Shown here: one piece after another, positions 8,988-18,162 of the stretch
Numbering within the stretch: position 1 is the stretch's first letter
Layout: every line of letters starts with the position of its first letter
Assembly (NCBI GenBank): GCA_027319565.1
Contig: DAHVNA010000011.1
Coordinates: 1 to 52,096, forward strand
Direction: 5' to 3'
DNA: 52,096 bases
Source of the DNA: Elusimicrobiota bacterium
GTDB lineage: Bacteria; Elusimicrobiota; Elusimicrobia; UBA1565; UBA9628
Made by a program: the position numbers and the translations under genes
The notes under the pieces: generated by a model
Databases searched by the model: none
Told to the model about the DNA's origin: nothing
What the model saw: only the letters and a program-made list of their open reading frames with translations

Positions 8988-10322
8988 TTATTGGCGAACC
9001 GCCCCTCCATTTAAGATGATCTTGGAACTCAAGGCTAACCACAAGTCCGTTTTATCCACGACAATTTGGGTCTCCACTCTCTCTAAATCTCGAATGGCCT
9101 CCCGCACGTCCACCAAGGGACCGACGTAGGTGACGTAGCGATTGAGAGAAACTTTATAGGCGTCAAAATCCGTCTTTAACTCGTGGTCGAGAAAACGAAG
9201 CTCGGCTTGATCGAAGGCGATTCTCTCGTCATATGTTTTGTTTGCGACCGCGACAAAAAGTTTAAGAGAGCTGACCGCCTCATCTTTCTCCTTGGCCCGG
9301 GCTCTTGCCTGCTCGATGCGGCTGGTGATGCCAAAACCCTCGAAAATTGGAACGCTGACCCCGACTCCGGCCGCGTAATCTTGAAGGCCGACGAGCCTAG
9401 ACCCGGCCGCGCTTCCGGCGCCGGCCTTGGCGGTGATTCGCGGATAGTTCTCGGCTTTCCTTGACAACAAAAACGCATGCGCGCTTTGAGAATGAAATTG
9501 GGCTTGGGTGATATAGGCGCTCACCGAAGTTGAAGTCAAGACAGAAAGCATATCACCATTGAGCCGGTCGGGAGAAAGAACAGAAACCTTATCCGGGTCA
9601 ACGCCGATATAGACGCCTAATTTTTGCGCCGCCTGGCCGTAGAGAGCCTGATAGGACGCGGCTTCAAGCTCGGCCTCTTCAACCTGATCGCGGATCAAAA
9701 GTTCGTCGGCCATATTGTGCTGACCGCGGTTGACAAAATAAACTACCTTCCGGTAAACGGGGGCAATCTGGGTTTTATTAATCTGTGCCCACAATCGATG
9801 GATTCCCCTATCGCGAACAGAGGAGAAATAGTATTTGAGCGCGCGCCAATCCACTTGATAGCGGACAATCTCGGTTCTGGCTTTTTCCGCCTGATAAAGA
9901 GCTCTGGCCTGCCTGATTCGGTAGGGAATTTTTAAGTCCAAAACATCCAGTTGGGAAGTCAGACCCCCGGCCGGCGTTTGGGCGTAGGGCGAGGCGTACA
10001 TCATTCCGCTGGCGCCGAGATCGTTATTATAGCCGGGACCGGAAATCTGCATTTGATTGTTAAAACCCGGAAATCCCGTCGTCGCGACACCGCCCGCGTC
10101 CAAGGTCGGATAGAGATAAGCCTGTTGAATGTGAATATTTTTTTCCGCCTCAATTTCGCGCTGGCGGGCCACTTTTAAATCCGGGCTATAATCCTCGGCC
10201 AAAACTAAAACGGCCTTCAGATCAAGCGGCTTTGCGAAAGTCGCGGCAAACGACTTAGAAAGCGAAAAAAATCCGAAAACAAGAATAAAAAACAGCCATT
10301 TTTTGTTTATGACCCAGATCAT
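8988..10322 (-). CDS. TolC-family outer-membrane efflux protein (copy 2)
   Basis: Signal peptide, LAEDYSPDL, YLYPTLD, ENYPRI...VGVSVPIFEGF. Clear paralog of 592..1923. Confidence 0.9.
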   Translation of the reverse strand: MIWVINKKWLFFILVFGFFSLSKSFAATFAKPLDLKAVLVLAEDYSPDLKVARQREIEAEKNIHIQQAYLYPTLDAGGVATTGFPGFNNQMQISGPGYNNDLGASGMMYASPYAQTPAGGLTSQLDVLDLKIPYRIRQARALYQAEKARTEIVRYQVDWRALKYYFSSVRDRGIHRLWAQINKTQIAPVYRKVVYFVNRGQHNMADELLIRDQVEEAELEAASYQALYGQAAQKLGVYIGVDPDKVSVLSPDRLNGDMLSVLTSTSVSAYITQAQFHSQSAHAFLLSRKAENYPRITAKAGAGSAAGSRLVGLQDYAAGVGVSVPIFEGFGITSRIEQARARAKEKDEAVSSLKLFVAVANKTYDERIAFDQAELRFLDHELKTDFDAYKVSLNRYVTYVGPLVDVREAIRDLERVETQIVVDKTDLWLALSSKIILNGGAVRQ

Positions 10323-10406
10323 AAAACCCCCATCCCAATCATTTCAACATAAATCCTAAAACATTGTAAATATAATATTTTTCTATAATAGTATTGGAAT
10401 AAAAAT
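10323..10406. promoter_or_regulatory. AT-rich divergent promoter region between the efflux operon and LysR
   Basis: 84-bp AT-rich gap containing TATAAT hexamers. Classic divergent LysR arrangement. Confidence 0.55.
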
Positions 10407-11303
10407 ATGAATATCGACCAACACAACCTTCTTTATTACTTCTTTAAAACCGCCCAGACGGGAAGTCTGACGGCGGCGTCCAAGGAATGCGGGCTCACGC
10501 AGCCGACCTTGAGCGTCAAGATAAAATCTCTCGAGCAAAAACTCAACGCCAAACTTTTTCATCGCAAAAGAAGCGGCATGAGCCTCACCCTGGAAGGACT
10601 TGAAATTTTTGAATCCTGCCAAGAGGTGTTTTCCCGAATGGAAGATGTTCTCTCTCCCCTTGTTGAAAAAAAATCGGCTCAGACGGTTTTGCGGATAGGA
10701 ACCTCCTTGTCGGTCGCTCCTCACGAAATTCTCAGAATCAAACGCGTTCTTGAGGAGAAAATCCCCGACATCTTCCTGCGCATTTCTTCCCATTCCTGGG
10801 AAGAACTGAGACACAAACTGGAGCGGCGTCAAATAGACATAGCCATCTGCGACGCGAACCTTAACCCCGAACCCCCTTCCTTATATAAGGAAACTCTCAT
10901 ATCAAGAGCCGCGGCTTACTTTGTCGCAACCGAGTCTTTCAAAAAAAAGCTTCCGCCCTTTCCACACGCTCTCAGGGAAGCCCATTTTTTATTGCGCGCC
11001 CCCGGCAACCCCATAAGAATTCAGATTGAAAAGCTCATTAAAAAAATGGGGATTACGGCAAAAATAAAAGTCGAAGTCGAGGATCCCGAGCTTATTCGCG
11101 CCATGGTTCTTGAGGGAGACGGCATCGTGGCGATTAACCCCGCTACTATTCAAGAAGAACTTCAGGAAGGGCGATTAGTCAAGCTCCACCCAAAGCCCAT
11201 AGGGCTTTATTCCGATACCTGGCTTATCGCTCATAAAATTCCGTTGGGAGGAAGTAAAATCACCTCCGCCATCAACGCCTGTTTTGATTTGAAGAAAGAA
11301 TAA
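10407..11303 (+). CDS. LysR-family transcriptional regulator (NhaR-like)
   Basis: N-terminal HTH LLYYFFKTAQTGSLTAASKECGLTQPTLSVKIKSLEQKLNAKLFHR followed by a LysR substrate-binding domain; 298 aa. Confidence 0.93.
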   Translation: MNIDQHNLLYYFFKTAQTGSLTAASKECGLTQPTLSVKIKSLEQKLNAKLFHRKRSGMSLTLEGLEIFESCQEVFSRMEDVLSPLVEKKSAQTVLRIGTSLSVAPHEILRIKRVLEEKIPDIFLRISSHSWEELRHKLERRQIDIAICDANLNPEPPSLYKETLISRAAAYFVATESFKKKLPPFPHALREAHFLLRAPGNPIRIQIEKLIKKMGITAKIKVEVEDPELIRAMVLEGDGIVAINPATIQEELQEGRLVKLHPKPIGLYSDTWLIAHKIPLGGSKITSAINACFDLKKE

Positions 11304-11351
11304 TTTTTGCATCATACGCCGACAAAGAGCTAAAATAAACCCGTCGGATAT

Positions 11352-11422
11352 GCGGGCGTAGTTCAATGGTAGAATAGAAGCTTCCCAAGCTTCGGACGTG
11401 GGTTCGATTCCCATCGCCCGCT
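11352..11422 (+). tRNA. tRNA-Gly (CCC)
   Basis: Acceptor GCGGGCG/CGCCCGC, anticodon arm GAAGC-TTCCCAA-GCTTC, T loop GGTTCGATTCC. CCA not encoded. Confidence 0.97.
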
Positions 11423-11507
11423 CGTTTCCATCCGCAAACGCCAAAGCAGGAAATCGAAACTTCCAAACAAAAACCATTACCCCTTGACTGTTTAGTAGAA
11501 TGGGGTT

Positions 11508-12746
11508 ATGGACTCAACAGCTAAAAAGAAAAACGTTCTTCTTCCGATATTTCTGATCGTTGTCGTTGATATACTCGGTATGACGCTGATTTTGCCGCTG
11601 CTTCCTTTTTATGCGGAGCGTTATGGAGCGACGCCGCAGATCGTAGGGCTTTTGATTGCGACCTACGCCTTTTGCCAACTCATCGCGGGGCCGATGTTGG
11701 GAAAACTCTCCGACCGCTACGGAAGGCGTCCGCTTTTAATCGTCAGCCAAATCGGAACCTTCGCGGGCTTTTTGGTGCTCGGCTGGGCCAAAACTCTGGC
11801 GTGGATATTTTTCTCGCGCTTTTTAGACGGCATCACCGCAGGAAATCTCTCCTTGGCCCAGGCTTATATTTCGGATGTGACCGAGCCTGAAAACCGCGCG
11901 AAATCTTTCGGCATTATCGGCATCGCTTTTGGGCTCGGTTTTTTGATCGGACCGGCTCTTTCCGGTTTTCTCGCGCAATATAACTACGCCTATCCGGCCT
12001 GGGCCGCGGCCGCGCTTTCTTTCACGAGTGTTCTCTGCACTTATTTTCTCTTGCCGCAGGCGATTCCACACGCCGCCGCGGAAAATGAAACGGGCCCCGG
12101 CGGAAAACGTTTGGGACTGCTTGACTGGGGGGCGTACCTTGATTATTTTAAGCGCCCGGAACTCGCTCCGCTTCTCATTGAGTTTCTCCTTTTCTGCCTG
12201 ATGTTTTCTCTCTTTATCCAAGGCTTCGCGCTATTTGCCGAGCGCCGGTTTTTTATTCATGGTCATCCCTTTGGCCCCAAACAGGTAGGATACCTTTATG
12301 CCTATTCCGGTTTTCTCGGTCTCATTATTCAAGGCGGACTCTTGGGCCGCCTGGTCAAGCGCTACGGAGAACAGGCTCTGGCCCGCGCGGGATTTCTCTC
12401 CGCCGCCTTAGGTCTCATCGCGCTGGCCTTTGATCATCCGGTCTTTCTCATCATCCCTATTTTTACCGCGACGGCTTTTGGAACCGGAGTGTTAAGGCCC
12501 GCCTTGACCAGTCTTATCACTCGCGTAACCGGAAGAAAAGAGCAAGGCGTGGTTTTGGGGCTGACGCAATCCTTAAACTCGATTGCCTCCATTGTCTCTC
12601 CGCTTTTGGCCGGATATTTAATCGGAATCGGGCAATTGGCGGCTTGGGCGCTCATCGCGGCGGCTTTTTCACTGGTTGGATTTATTTTGATTTCAAACAG
12701 GTCGGCGGTTCAAAGCGTCGCCGAGCCCTTAAAATCCGTCAATTGA
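11508..12746 (+). CDS. MFS transporter, TetA/DHA1 multidrug-like
   Basis: Motif A GKLSDRYGRRPLL, AYISDVT...RAKSFG, GFLIGPALSG; about 12 TM helices. Confidence 0.92.
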   Translation: MDSTAKKKNVLLPIFLIVVVDILGMTLILPLLPFYAERYGATPQIVGLLIATYAFCQLIAGPMLGKLSDRYGRRPLLIVSQIGTFAGFLVLGWAKTLAWIFFSRFLDGITAGNLSLAQAYISDVTEPENRAKSFGIIGIAFGLGFLIGPALSGFLAQYNYAYPAWAAAALSFTSVLCTYFLLPQAIPHAAAENETGPGGKRLGLLDWGAYLDYFKRPELAPLLIEFLLFCLMFSLFIQGFALFAERRFFIHGHPFGPKQVGYLYAYSGFLGLIIQGGLLGRLVKRYGEQALARAGFLSAALGLIALAFDHPVFLIIPIFTATAFGTGVLRPALTSLITRVTGRKEQGVVLGLTQSLNSIASIVSPLLAGYLIGIGQLAAWALIAAAFSLVGFILISNRSAVQSVAEPLKSVN

Positions 12747-12756
12747 GAGGTGTCTT

Positions 12757-13779
12757 ATGCAATTAGGAATGATTGGACTTGGACGCATGGGCGCAAATTT
12801 AGTTCGCCGTCTCACAAAAAATGGGCATGAGTGCGTGGTTTATGATGTGAACGCCGCATCCGTCAAAGCTCTGACAGGACCAGGAATCACAGGCGCGTCC
12901 TCCCTCCAGGATTTTGTAGCCAAACTGAAAACCCCGCGCGCAATCTGGATCATGGTTCCCGCCGGCGTTACGGGAAAAACCGTTTCAGAACTCGCCGCGC
13001 TTCTTTCCAAAGACGATGTCATCATCGACGGCGGAAACAGCTATTACATTGATGATATTCAACGCGCCAAGGAACTAAAAACCAAGGGCATTCACTATGT
13101 GGACTGCGGAACCAGCGGCGGCATTTTTGGCCTTGAGCGCGGCTATTGTTTGATGATTGGGGGGGAAAAGTCGGTGGTTCAAAGACTTGATCCAATTTTT
13201 AAGACCATCGCGCCGGGCGTTGAATCCGCGCCGCGAACGCCGGGAAAAACCGGAGAGCCCAGCACGGCCGAAAATGGATACCTCCACTGCGGCCCCAACG
13301 GCGCCGGGCATTTCGTGAAAATGGTGCATAATGGAATCGAATACGGGCTGATGGCCGCTTATGCCGAAGGCTTGAACATTCTCAAAAACGCAAACTCGGG
13401 CCTTCTCAAGCATGACAATGACGCCGAGACCGCTCCCATGCGCAATCCCGAGGCGTATCAATATCAAATCGACACCGGAGAGGTTGCCGAGGTTTGGCGA
13501 AGGGGAAGCGTCGTCGCTTCCTGGCTTTTGGATTTGACCGCGAAAGCTCTCGCCTCCGATTCGGAACTCTCTGAATTTACCGGGCGAGTGTCGGACTCCG
13601 GCGAAGGCCGTTGGACGGCTTTGGCGGCTATTGACGAAGGGGTTCCGGCTCCGGTCATCAACGCGGCTTTGTTCGCGCGTTTTGAGTCGCAGGGAAAATC
13701 CAATTACGCCAATCGCGTTCTTTCCGCCATGCGAAAGGAATTCGGCGGTCACGCGGAAAAGAAAGAAAAGGGGGCCTAA
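12757..13779 (+). CDS. gnd: 6-phosphogluconate dehydrogenase, decarboxylating (short form)
   Basis: GMIGLGRMG, IDGGNS, GAGHFVKMVHNGIEYG, SDSGEGRWT, MRKEFGGH. Confidence 0.96.
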   Translation: MQLGMIGLGRMGANLVRRLTKNGHECVVYDVNAASVKALTGPGITGASSLQDFVAKLKTPRAIWIMVPAGVTGKTVSELAALLSKDDVIIDGGNSYYIDDIQRAKELKTKGIHYVDCGTSGGIFGLERGYCLMIGGEKSVVQRLDPIFKTIAPGVESAPRTPGKTGEPSTAENGYLHCGPNGAGHFVKMVHNGIEYGLMAAYAEGLNILKNANSGLLKHDNDAETAPMRNPEAYQYQIDTGEVAEVWRRGSVVASWLLDLTAKALASDSELSEFTGRVSDSGEGRWTALAAIDEGVPAPVINAALFARFESQGKSNYANRVLSAMRKEFGGHAEKKEKGA

Positions 13780-13782
13780 AAT

Positions 13783-15201
13783 ATGAGCGTTCAAAAAACC
13801 ACTCCAAATCCCTCTGACGCCTTGGTCATTTTCGGCGCGACGGGAGACCTCGCGCATAAAAAAATATTTCCGTCTCTTTACGCAATGGTCAAGCGCGGCG
13901 CCTTAAACGTCCCCATCATCGGCGTAGCTTTCTCAAACTGGACGCTGGAAAACCTTAAAGATCGCGTCAAGGACAGCATCCAAAAAATGGGAGAGTTCGA
14001 CCAGGAAACCTTAAACAAACTTCTCTCTCTTTTTCGCTATGTGGATGGAGAGTATCAACATCCCGAGACTTTTAAGGCCTTAAAAGAGGCCCTCGGAAAT
14101 TCGACCTGCCCGGCGCATTATCTCGCCATTCCGCCTTCTCTTTTCGCGACTGTCATTAAAAGCCTCGGCGAATCGGGCTTGGCCAAGTGCGCGCGGGTGA
14201 TCGTCGAAAAGCCGTTTGGACGGGATCTGGCCTCAGCTCAAGAGCTTAACCGAGCCGCGCAGGCGGTGTTTCCGGAATCTTCCATTTTCCGCATCGATCA
14301 TTTTCTCGGCAAGGAAGAAATCGAAAACATCCTCTATTTTCGCTTCGCCAATTCCTTTCTCGAACCGCTTTGGAACCACCATTATATCTCTTCCATTCAG
14401 ATCACCCATTGCGAGAGTTTTGGCGTGGAAGGCCGCGGCAAATTCTATGACAGCGTCGGATGCTTAAAAGACGTGATCCAAAACCACCTTTTTCAGATCG
14501 TTTCTCTTTTGGCCATGGAACCCCCGGCGACTCCCGAGGTCGAATCTTACCGCAGCGAAAAGGCGAAAGTCTTTCAAGCCATGCGCCCGCTTAAGGCCGA
14601 TGACTTGGTGCGCGGGCAATTTATCGGATATCAAAACGAGCCCGGCGTCGCCAAAAATTCCGACACCGAAACCTATTGCGCTCTGCGCCTTTTCATTGAT
14701 TCCTGGAGATGGTCGGGGGTGCCGTGGTATCTTCGCTCCGGAAAAAATCTCCCGGTCAACGCCGCGGAAATTTTCGTTAAATTTAAATCTCCGCCGCAAA
14801 AATTATTCGCGGATTCCGATTCTCAATCCAACTCTCTGCGCTTTCGCCTGGCGCCCTATTCGGTCATAGCGCTTGCCGCGCGCGTCAAGCGCCCCGGCGA
14901 AAAATTTATCGGAGACCAAAAAGAGCTTTTTCTTCTCGACGCCCAGCCCGAAAAGCAAGCTCCATATGAACGACTGCTGGGCGACGCCTTGGCCGGAAAC
15001 AGCGCGCTTTTTACCCGTCAGGATGCCGTTGAAGCCGCCTGGGCGACCCTTGACGATGTTTTAACCGATCATCACCCCGCTCATCCTTATAAACCGGGGA
15101 CATGGGGTCCGGAAGAGGCCAATGCCTTAATCGCCCTTCATGGCGGCTGGCACGACCCAACCCCGCGTCGCGATCCCGCGAATTTAAAAGTCAAAGCGTA
15201 A
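13783..15201 (+). CDS. zwf: Glucose-6-phosphate 1-dehydrogenase
   Basis: FGATGDLA, EKPFG, RIDHFLGKE, DVIQNHL, RWSGVPWYLRSGK. Confidence 0.96.
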   Translation: MSVQKTTPNPSDALVIFGATGDLAHKKIFPSLYAMVKRGALNVPIIGVAFSNWTLENLKDRVKDSIQKMGEFDQETLNKLLSLFRYVDGEYQHPETFKALKEALGNSTCPAHYLAIPPSLFATVIKSLGESGLAKCARVIVEKPFGRDLASAQELNRAAQAVFPESSIFRIDHFLGKEEIENILYFRFANSFLEPLWNHHYISSIQITHCESFGVEGRGKFYDSVGCLKDVIQNHLFQIVSLLAMEPPATPEVESYRSEKAKVFQAMRPLKADDLVRGQFIGYQNEPGVAKNSDTETYCALRLFIDSWRWSGVPWYLRSGKNLPVNAAEIFVKFKSPPQKLFADSDSQSNSLRFRLAPYSVIALAARVKRPGEKFIGDQKELFLLDAQPEKQAPYERLLGDALAGNSALFTRQDAVEAAWATLDDVLTDHHPAHPYKPGTWGPEEANALIALHGGWHDPTPRRDPANLKVKA

Positions 15202-15224
15202 AAAATCCGCCTAGAATCAAATGT

Positions 15225-15914
15225 ATGAATAAAATCCCTCCGCCTTTAGCGATCGCCTTCGACATCGATGAAACCCTCATCACGACGGGCGGCGCCGGGG
15301 CGAAAGCGTGGCGGAAAAGTTTTAAGGCCCTTTGGAATATGGACGTCGATATCTCGCAATTTACGGAAGTCGGAATGACCGATCCGGTGGTCGCGAAAAC
15401 GACTTTTGAAGGGGTTTTAAAGAGAGCGCCCGCGCCGCAAGAACTCGCCGCCCTCCTGCACTCTTATTTGGAATTTCTGCCCAAAGAAGTATTGGAATCG
15501 CCCGGCTACCGCGTATTGCCTGGAGTTGAAGAGCTTTTGCCGCGCCTCATCAAAGCCAAAATCATGCTCGGCATCACCTCCGGAACTCTTGAAGCGGCGG
15601 CGCATATTAAACTGTCCCGCGCGAAACTCAATCATTATTTTTCTTTTGGCGGCTTTGGATCGGACTCAGATGACCGAGGAGAACTGACACGCGCAGCTAT
15701 TCAACGAGCCGAAGTCATCCGCGGACAAGCGATGAATCATGCCGATGTTTTTGTCATTGGAGACACGCCCAAAGACATCAGTGCGGCTCACGCGGCTAAA
15801 GCCATCGGTATTGGGGTCGCGACGGGCAAATATAGCGTGGAAGAGCTTGAAAAATCCGGCGCCGATTATGTTTTAAAAAATTTTCTCGATCCTTTCCCAG
15901 GAGTCGCGCAATGA
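15225..15914 (+). CDS. HAD-family hydrolase (phosphoglycolate-phosphatase-like)
   Basis: Motif I FDIDETL, GFGSD, motif IV IGDTPKDI. Start moved to ATG 15225, after the zwf stop. Confidence 0.88.
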   Translation: MNKIPPPLAIAFDIDETLITTGGAGAKAWRKSFKALWNMDVDISQFTEVGMTDPVVAKTTFEGVLKRAPAPQELAALLHSYLEFLPKEVLESPGYRVLPGVEELLPRLIKAKIMLGITSGTLEAAAHIKLSRAKLNHYFSFGGFGSDSDDRGELTRAAIQRAEVIRGQAMNHADVFVIGDTPKDISAAHAAKAIGIGVATGKYSVEELEKSGADYVLKNFLDPFPGVAQ

Positions 15915-16588
15915 ACAAAAGAATGTCGAACAATTTAAAAACCATTTTGGCTATCGACGTCGGAGGAACCCATGTCAAGATTCTGGCCTCGGGGCAAAAA
16001 ACTCCGCGCAATATCCTCTCCGGAAAAACGATGTCGGCTGCCAAAATGGTCGCCGCCGTGAAAAACGCGGCGAAAGATTGGAAATATGACGCTGTCTCAA
16101 TCGGATACCCCGGTCCCGTGATCGGCGGACGCCCGTTTCACGAGCCGTTTAATCTTGGAAAAGGCTGGGTGGGATTTGATTTTAAAAAAGCCTTTGGGCG
16201 CCCGGTCAAAATCGTCAACGACGCGGCTATGCAAGCCTTGGGAAGTTATGAGGGGGGGCGCACGCTTTTTTTAGGTCTTGGAACGGGCCTGGGATCGACC
16301 CTGATTATCGACGGCGTTTTAGAACCGATGGAAATCGCTCATCTTCCCTACAAACACGGAAAAACCTACGAAGACTATCTCGGCATTCGAGGGCTCAAAA
16401 AACTGGGCAAAAAGAAATGGCGGAAAAACGTTTTTGAAGTGGTCGAGAAACTCAAAAACGCCCTTGAAGTGGACTCCGTCGTCTTAGGCGGCGGCAACGC
16501 CAAAAAGTTAAAAGAGCTTCCCCCTGGAGCGCGACTGGGAGACAACGCCAACGCTTTTATCGGAGGCTTTAGGCTGTGGAAAAAATAA
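15911..16588 (+). CDS. ppgK: ROK-family sugar kinase, polyphosphate glucokinase-like
   Basis: IDVGGTHVK, VNDAAMQALG, LGLGTGLGS, EIAHL, GGGN. Confidence 0.8.
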   Translation: MNKRMSNNLKTILAIDVGGTHVKILASGQKTPRNILSGKTMSAAKMVAAVKNAAKDWKYDAVSIGYPGPVIGGRPFHEPFNLGKGWVGFDFKKAFGRPVKIVNDAAMQALGSYEGGRTLFLGLGTGLGSTLIIDGVLEPMEIAHLPYKHGKTYEDYLGIRGLKKLGKKKWRKNVFEVVEKLKNALEVDSVVLGGGNAKKLKELPPGARLGDNANAFIGGFRLWKK

Positions 16589-17382
16589 TCGAGGTCGAAA
16601 AACTCTCCAAAAAATTTGGGGAATTTCAGGCCGTGGGCGGAATCTCTTTTAGCGTCAAAAAAGGGGAAGTTTTTTCCCTTTTGGGCCCTAACGGCGCGGG
16701 AAAAACGACGACCATTAAAATGCTGACCACGCTCATCGAACCTTCTTCCGGAAGCGTTCATATCGGAGGGTTGAGCCTTACGGAAAACAAAATCGCCATT
16801 CGCAGACAATTTGGAATCGTTTTTCAAGACTCAAGCTTAGACGAAGACCTGACCGCCGAAGAGAATATGTTTTTCCACGCCGTTTTGTACGGAATTTCCC
16901 GCAAAACGCGCCAAGAAAAGATTTCATCCTTGCTAAAATTTTTCGGGCTTTGGGAAAGACGAAACGATCTGGTCAAACATTTTTCCGGAGGCATGAAAAA
17001 ACGCCTTGAGATCGCCCGCGCGCTCTCACATGATCCGCCGCTTTTATTTCTCGATGAGCCGACCTCCGGGCTTGACCCGCAAAACCGAAGCCGTCTCTGG
17101 GAGTATCTCAAGGAACTCAACAAAAAAATGAACATGACTATTTTTCTGACCACTCACTCGATGGAAGAAGTCGAAAAAGTCTCAGAACGCATCGTGATTA
17201 TCGATCACGGAGAAGTTTCGGCGGAAGGAACTCCCGAAGAAATCAAGACAAGAACCGAAACAAAGACTCTCGAAGAAGCCTTCTTGACCTTGACCGGGCG
17301 CGATATCAGGGAAGACGTTCCAACGGAATCCGATCAGTTAAGAAAAGGCCGAATTCTCTGGAGCGGAGGAAAAAAGCGATGA
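16576..17382 (+). CDS. ABC transporter ATP-binding protein (DrrA-like exporter)
   Basis: Walker A GPNGAGKTT, signature FSGGMK, Walker B LLFLDEPT, H-loop TTHSM. Confidence 0.93.
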   Translation: MEKIIEVEKLSKKFGEFQAVGGISFSVKKGEVFSLLGPNGAGKTTTIKMLTTLIEPSSGSVHIGGLSLTENKIAIRRQFGIVFQDSSLDEDLTAEENMFFHAVLYGISRKTRQEKISSLLKFFGLWERRNDLVKHFSGGMKKRLEIARALSHDPPLLFLDEPTSGLDPQNRSRLWEYLKELNKKMNMTIFLTTHSMEEVEKVSERIVIIDHGEVSAEGTPEEIKTRTETKTLEEAFLTLTGRDIREDVPTESDQLRKGRILWSGGKKR

Positions 17383-18125
17383 ACGCCATCGGAGCCCTGT
17401 GGCTCAGACAAATCAAGCGTTATCTGCGCTCGCGCTCGCGCCTGATTGGCTCTTTGGGACAACCCCTTCTTTTTCTATTGGCCCTGGGGTTCGGCTTTGG
17501 CCCGATTTTTAAAAAAGCCGGCGGGGGAAACTATATCCAGTTTTTGACTCCCGGAATCGTCGCTATGGGAGTTTTATTTACGGCTATTTTTTCCGGCATT
17601 GAAGTCATCTGGGACCGGCAATTCGGATTTTTGAAAGAGACCTTGGTCGCCCCGGTCTCCAGAATCTACATCATGCTGGGCCGCACGCTCGGGGGCGCGA
17701 CGGTCGCCGTCATCCAAGGAATTTTAGTGCTGACCATCGCGACCCTGGCGGGGTTTAAATGGAGCTCGGTCATCGGAATATTTCCGGCTCTTTGTTTTAT
17801 GTTTCTCATCGCCGTTTTATTTACCGCCCTCGGAACCGGCATCGCCTCCGTTCTTGAAGATATGCAGGGTTTTCAAATCATCATGAATTTTTTGGTGATG
17901 CCCATTTTCTTTTTCTCGGGATCTTTGTTTCCGCTATCGAGCCTGCCTCATTTTCTCGGCGTTTTAGCCGCTTTAAATCCTCTCACCTACGGAATTGAGG
18001 GACTTCGGATATCGCTGTTGGGTGGCAGTTCTCTCCGCATGGGAATAGACGCTTTGACTCTCATAGCTTTCTCGGCCGCTCTTCTTTTTATCGGCTCAAG
18101 ATTATTTGAAAAAATACAAATATAG
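17379..18125 (+). CDS. ABC-2 type transporter permease (DrrB-like)
   Basis: Six TM helices, WDRQFGFLKETLVAPVSR, FFSGSLFP, NPLTY. ATGA overlap with the ATPase. Confidence 0.92.
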   Translation: MNAIGALWLRQIKRYLRSRSRLIGSLGQPLLFLLALGFGFGPIFKKAGGGNYIQFLTPGIVAMGVLFTAIFSGIEVIWDRQFGFLKETLVAPVSRIYIMLGRTLGGATVAVIQGILVLTIATLAGFKWSSVIGIFPALCFMFLIAVLFTALGTGIASVLEDMQGFQIIMNFLVMPIFFFSGSLFPLSSLPHFLGVLAALNPLTYGIEGLRISLLGGSSLRMGIDALTLIAFSAALLFIGSRLFEKIQI

Positions 18126-18162
18126 CCCTTCGCGGCAAGTGGATTGGCTATAATGGATTCTC

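Noticed and set aside
11175..11477. Minus-strand ORFs 11175..11477 and 11272..11466
   Set aside because: Antisense shadows of tRNA-Gly and the end of lysR.
13075..13857. 260-aa antisense ORF (and similar long antisense ORFs such as 39587..40390 and 37570..38112)
   Set aside because: They lie opposite well-conserved genes and have no recognisable motifs; typical shadow frames.
11352..18125. tRNA-Gly-anchored genomic island or prophage
   Set aside because: No integrase, no duplicated tRNA 3' end and no phage genes found.
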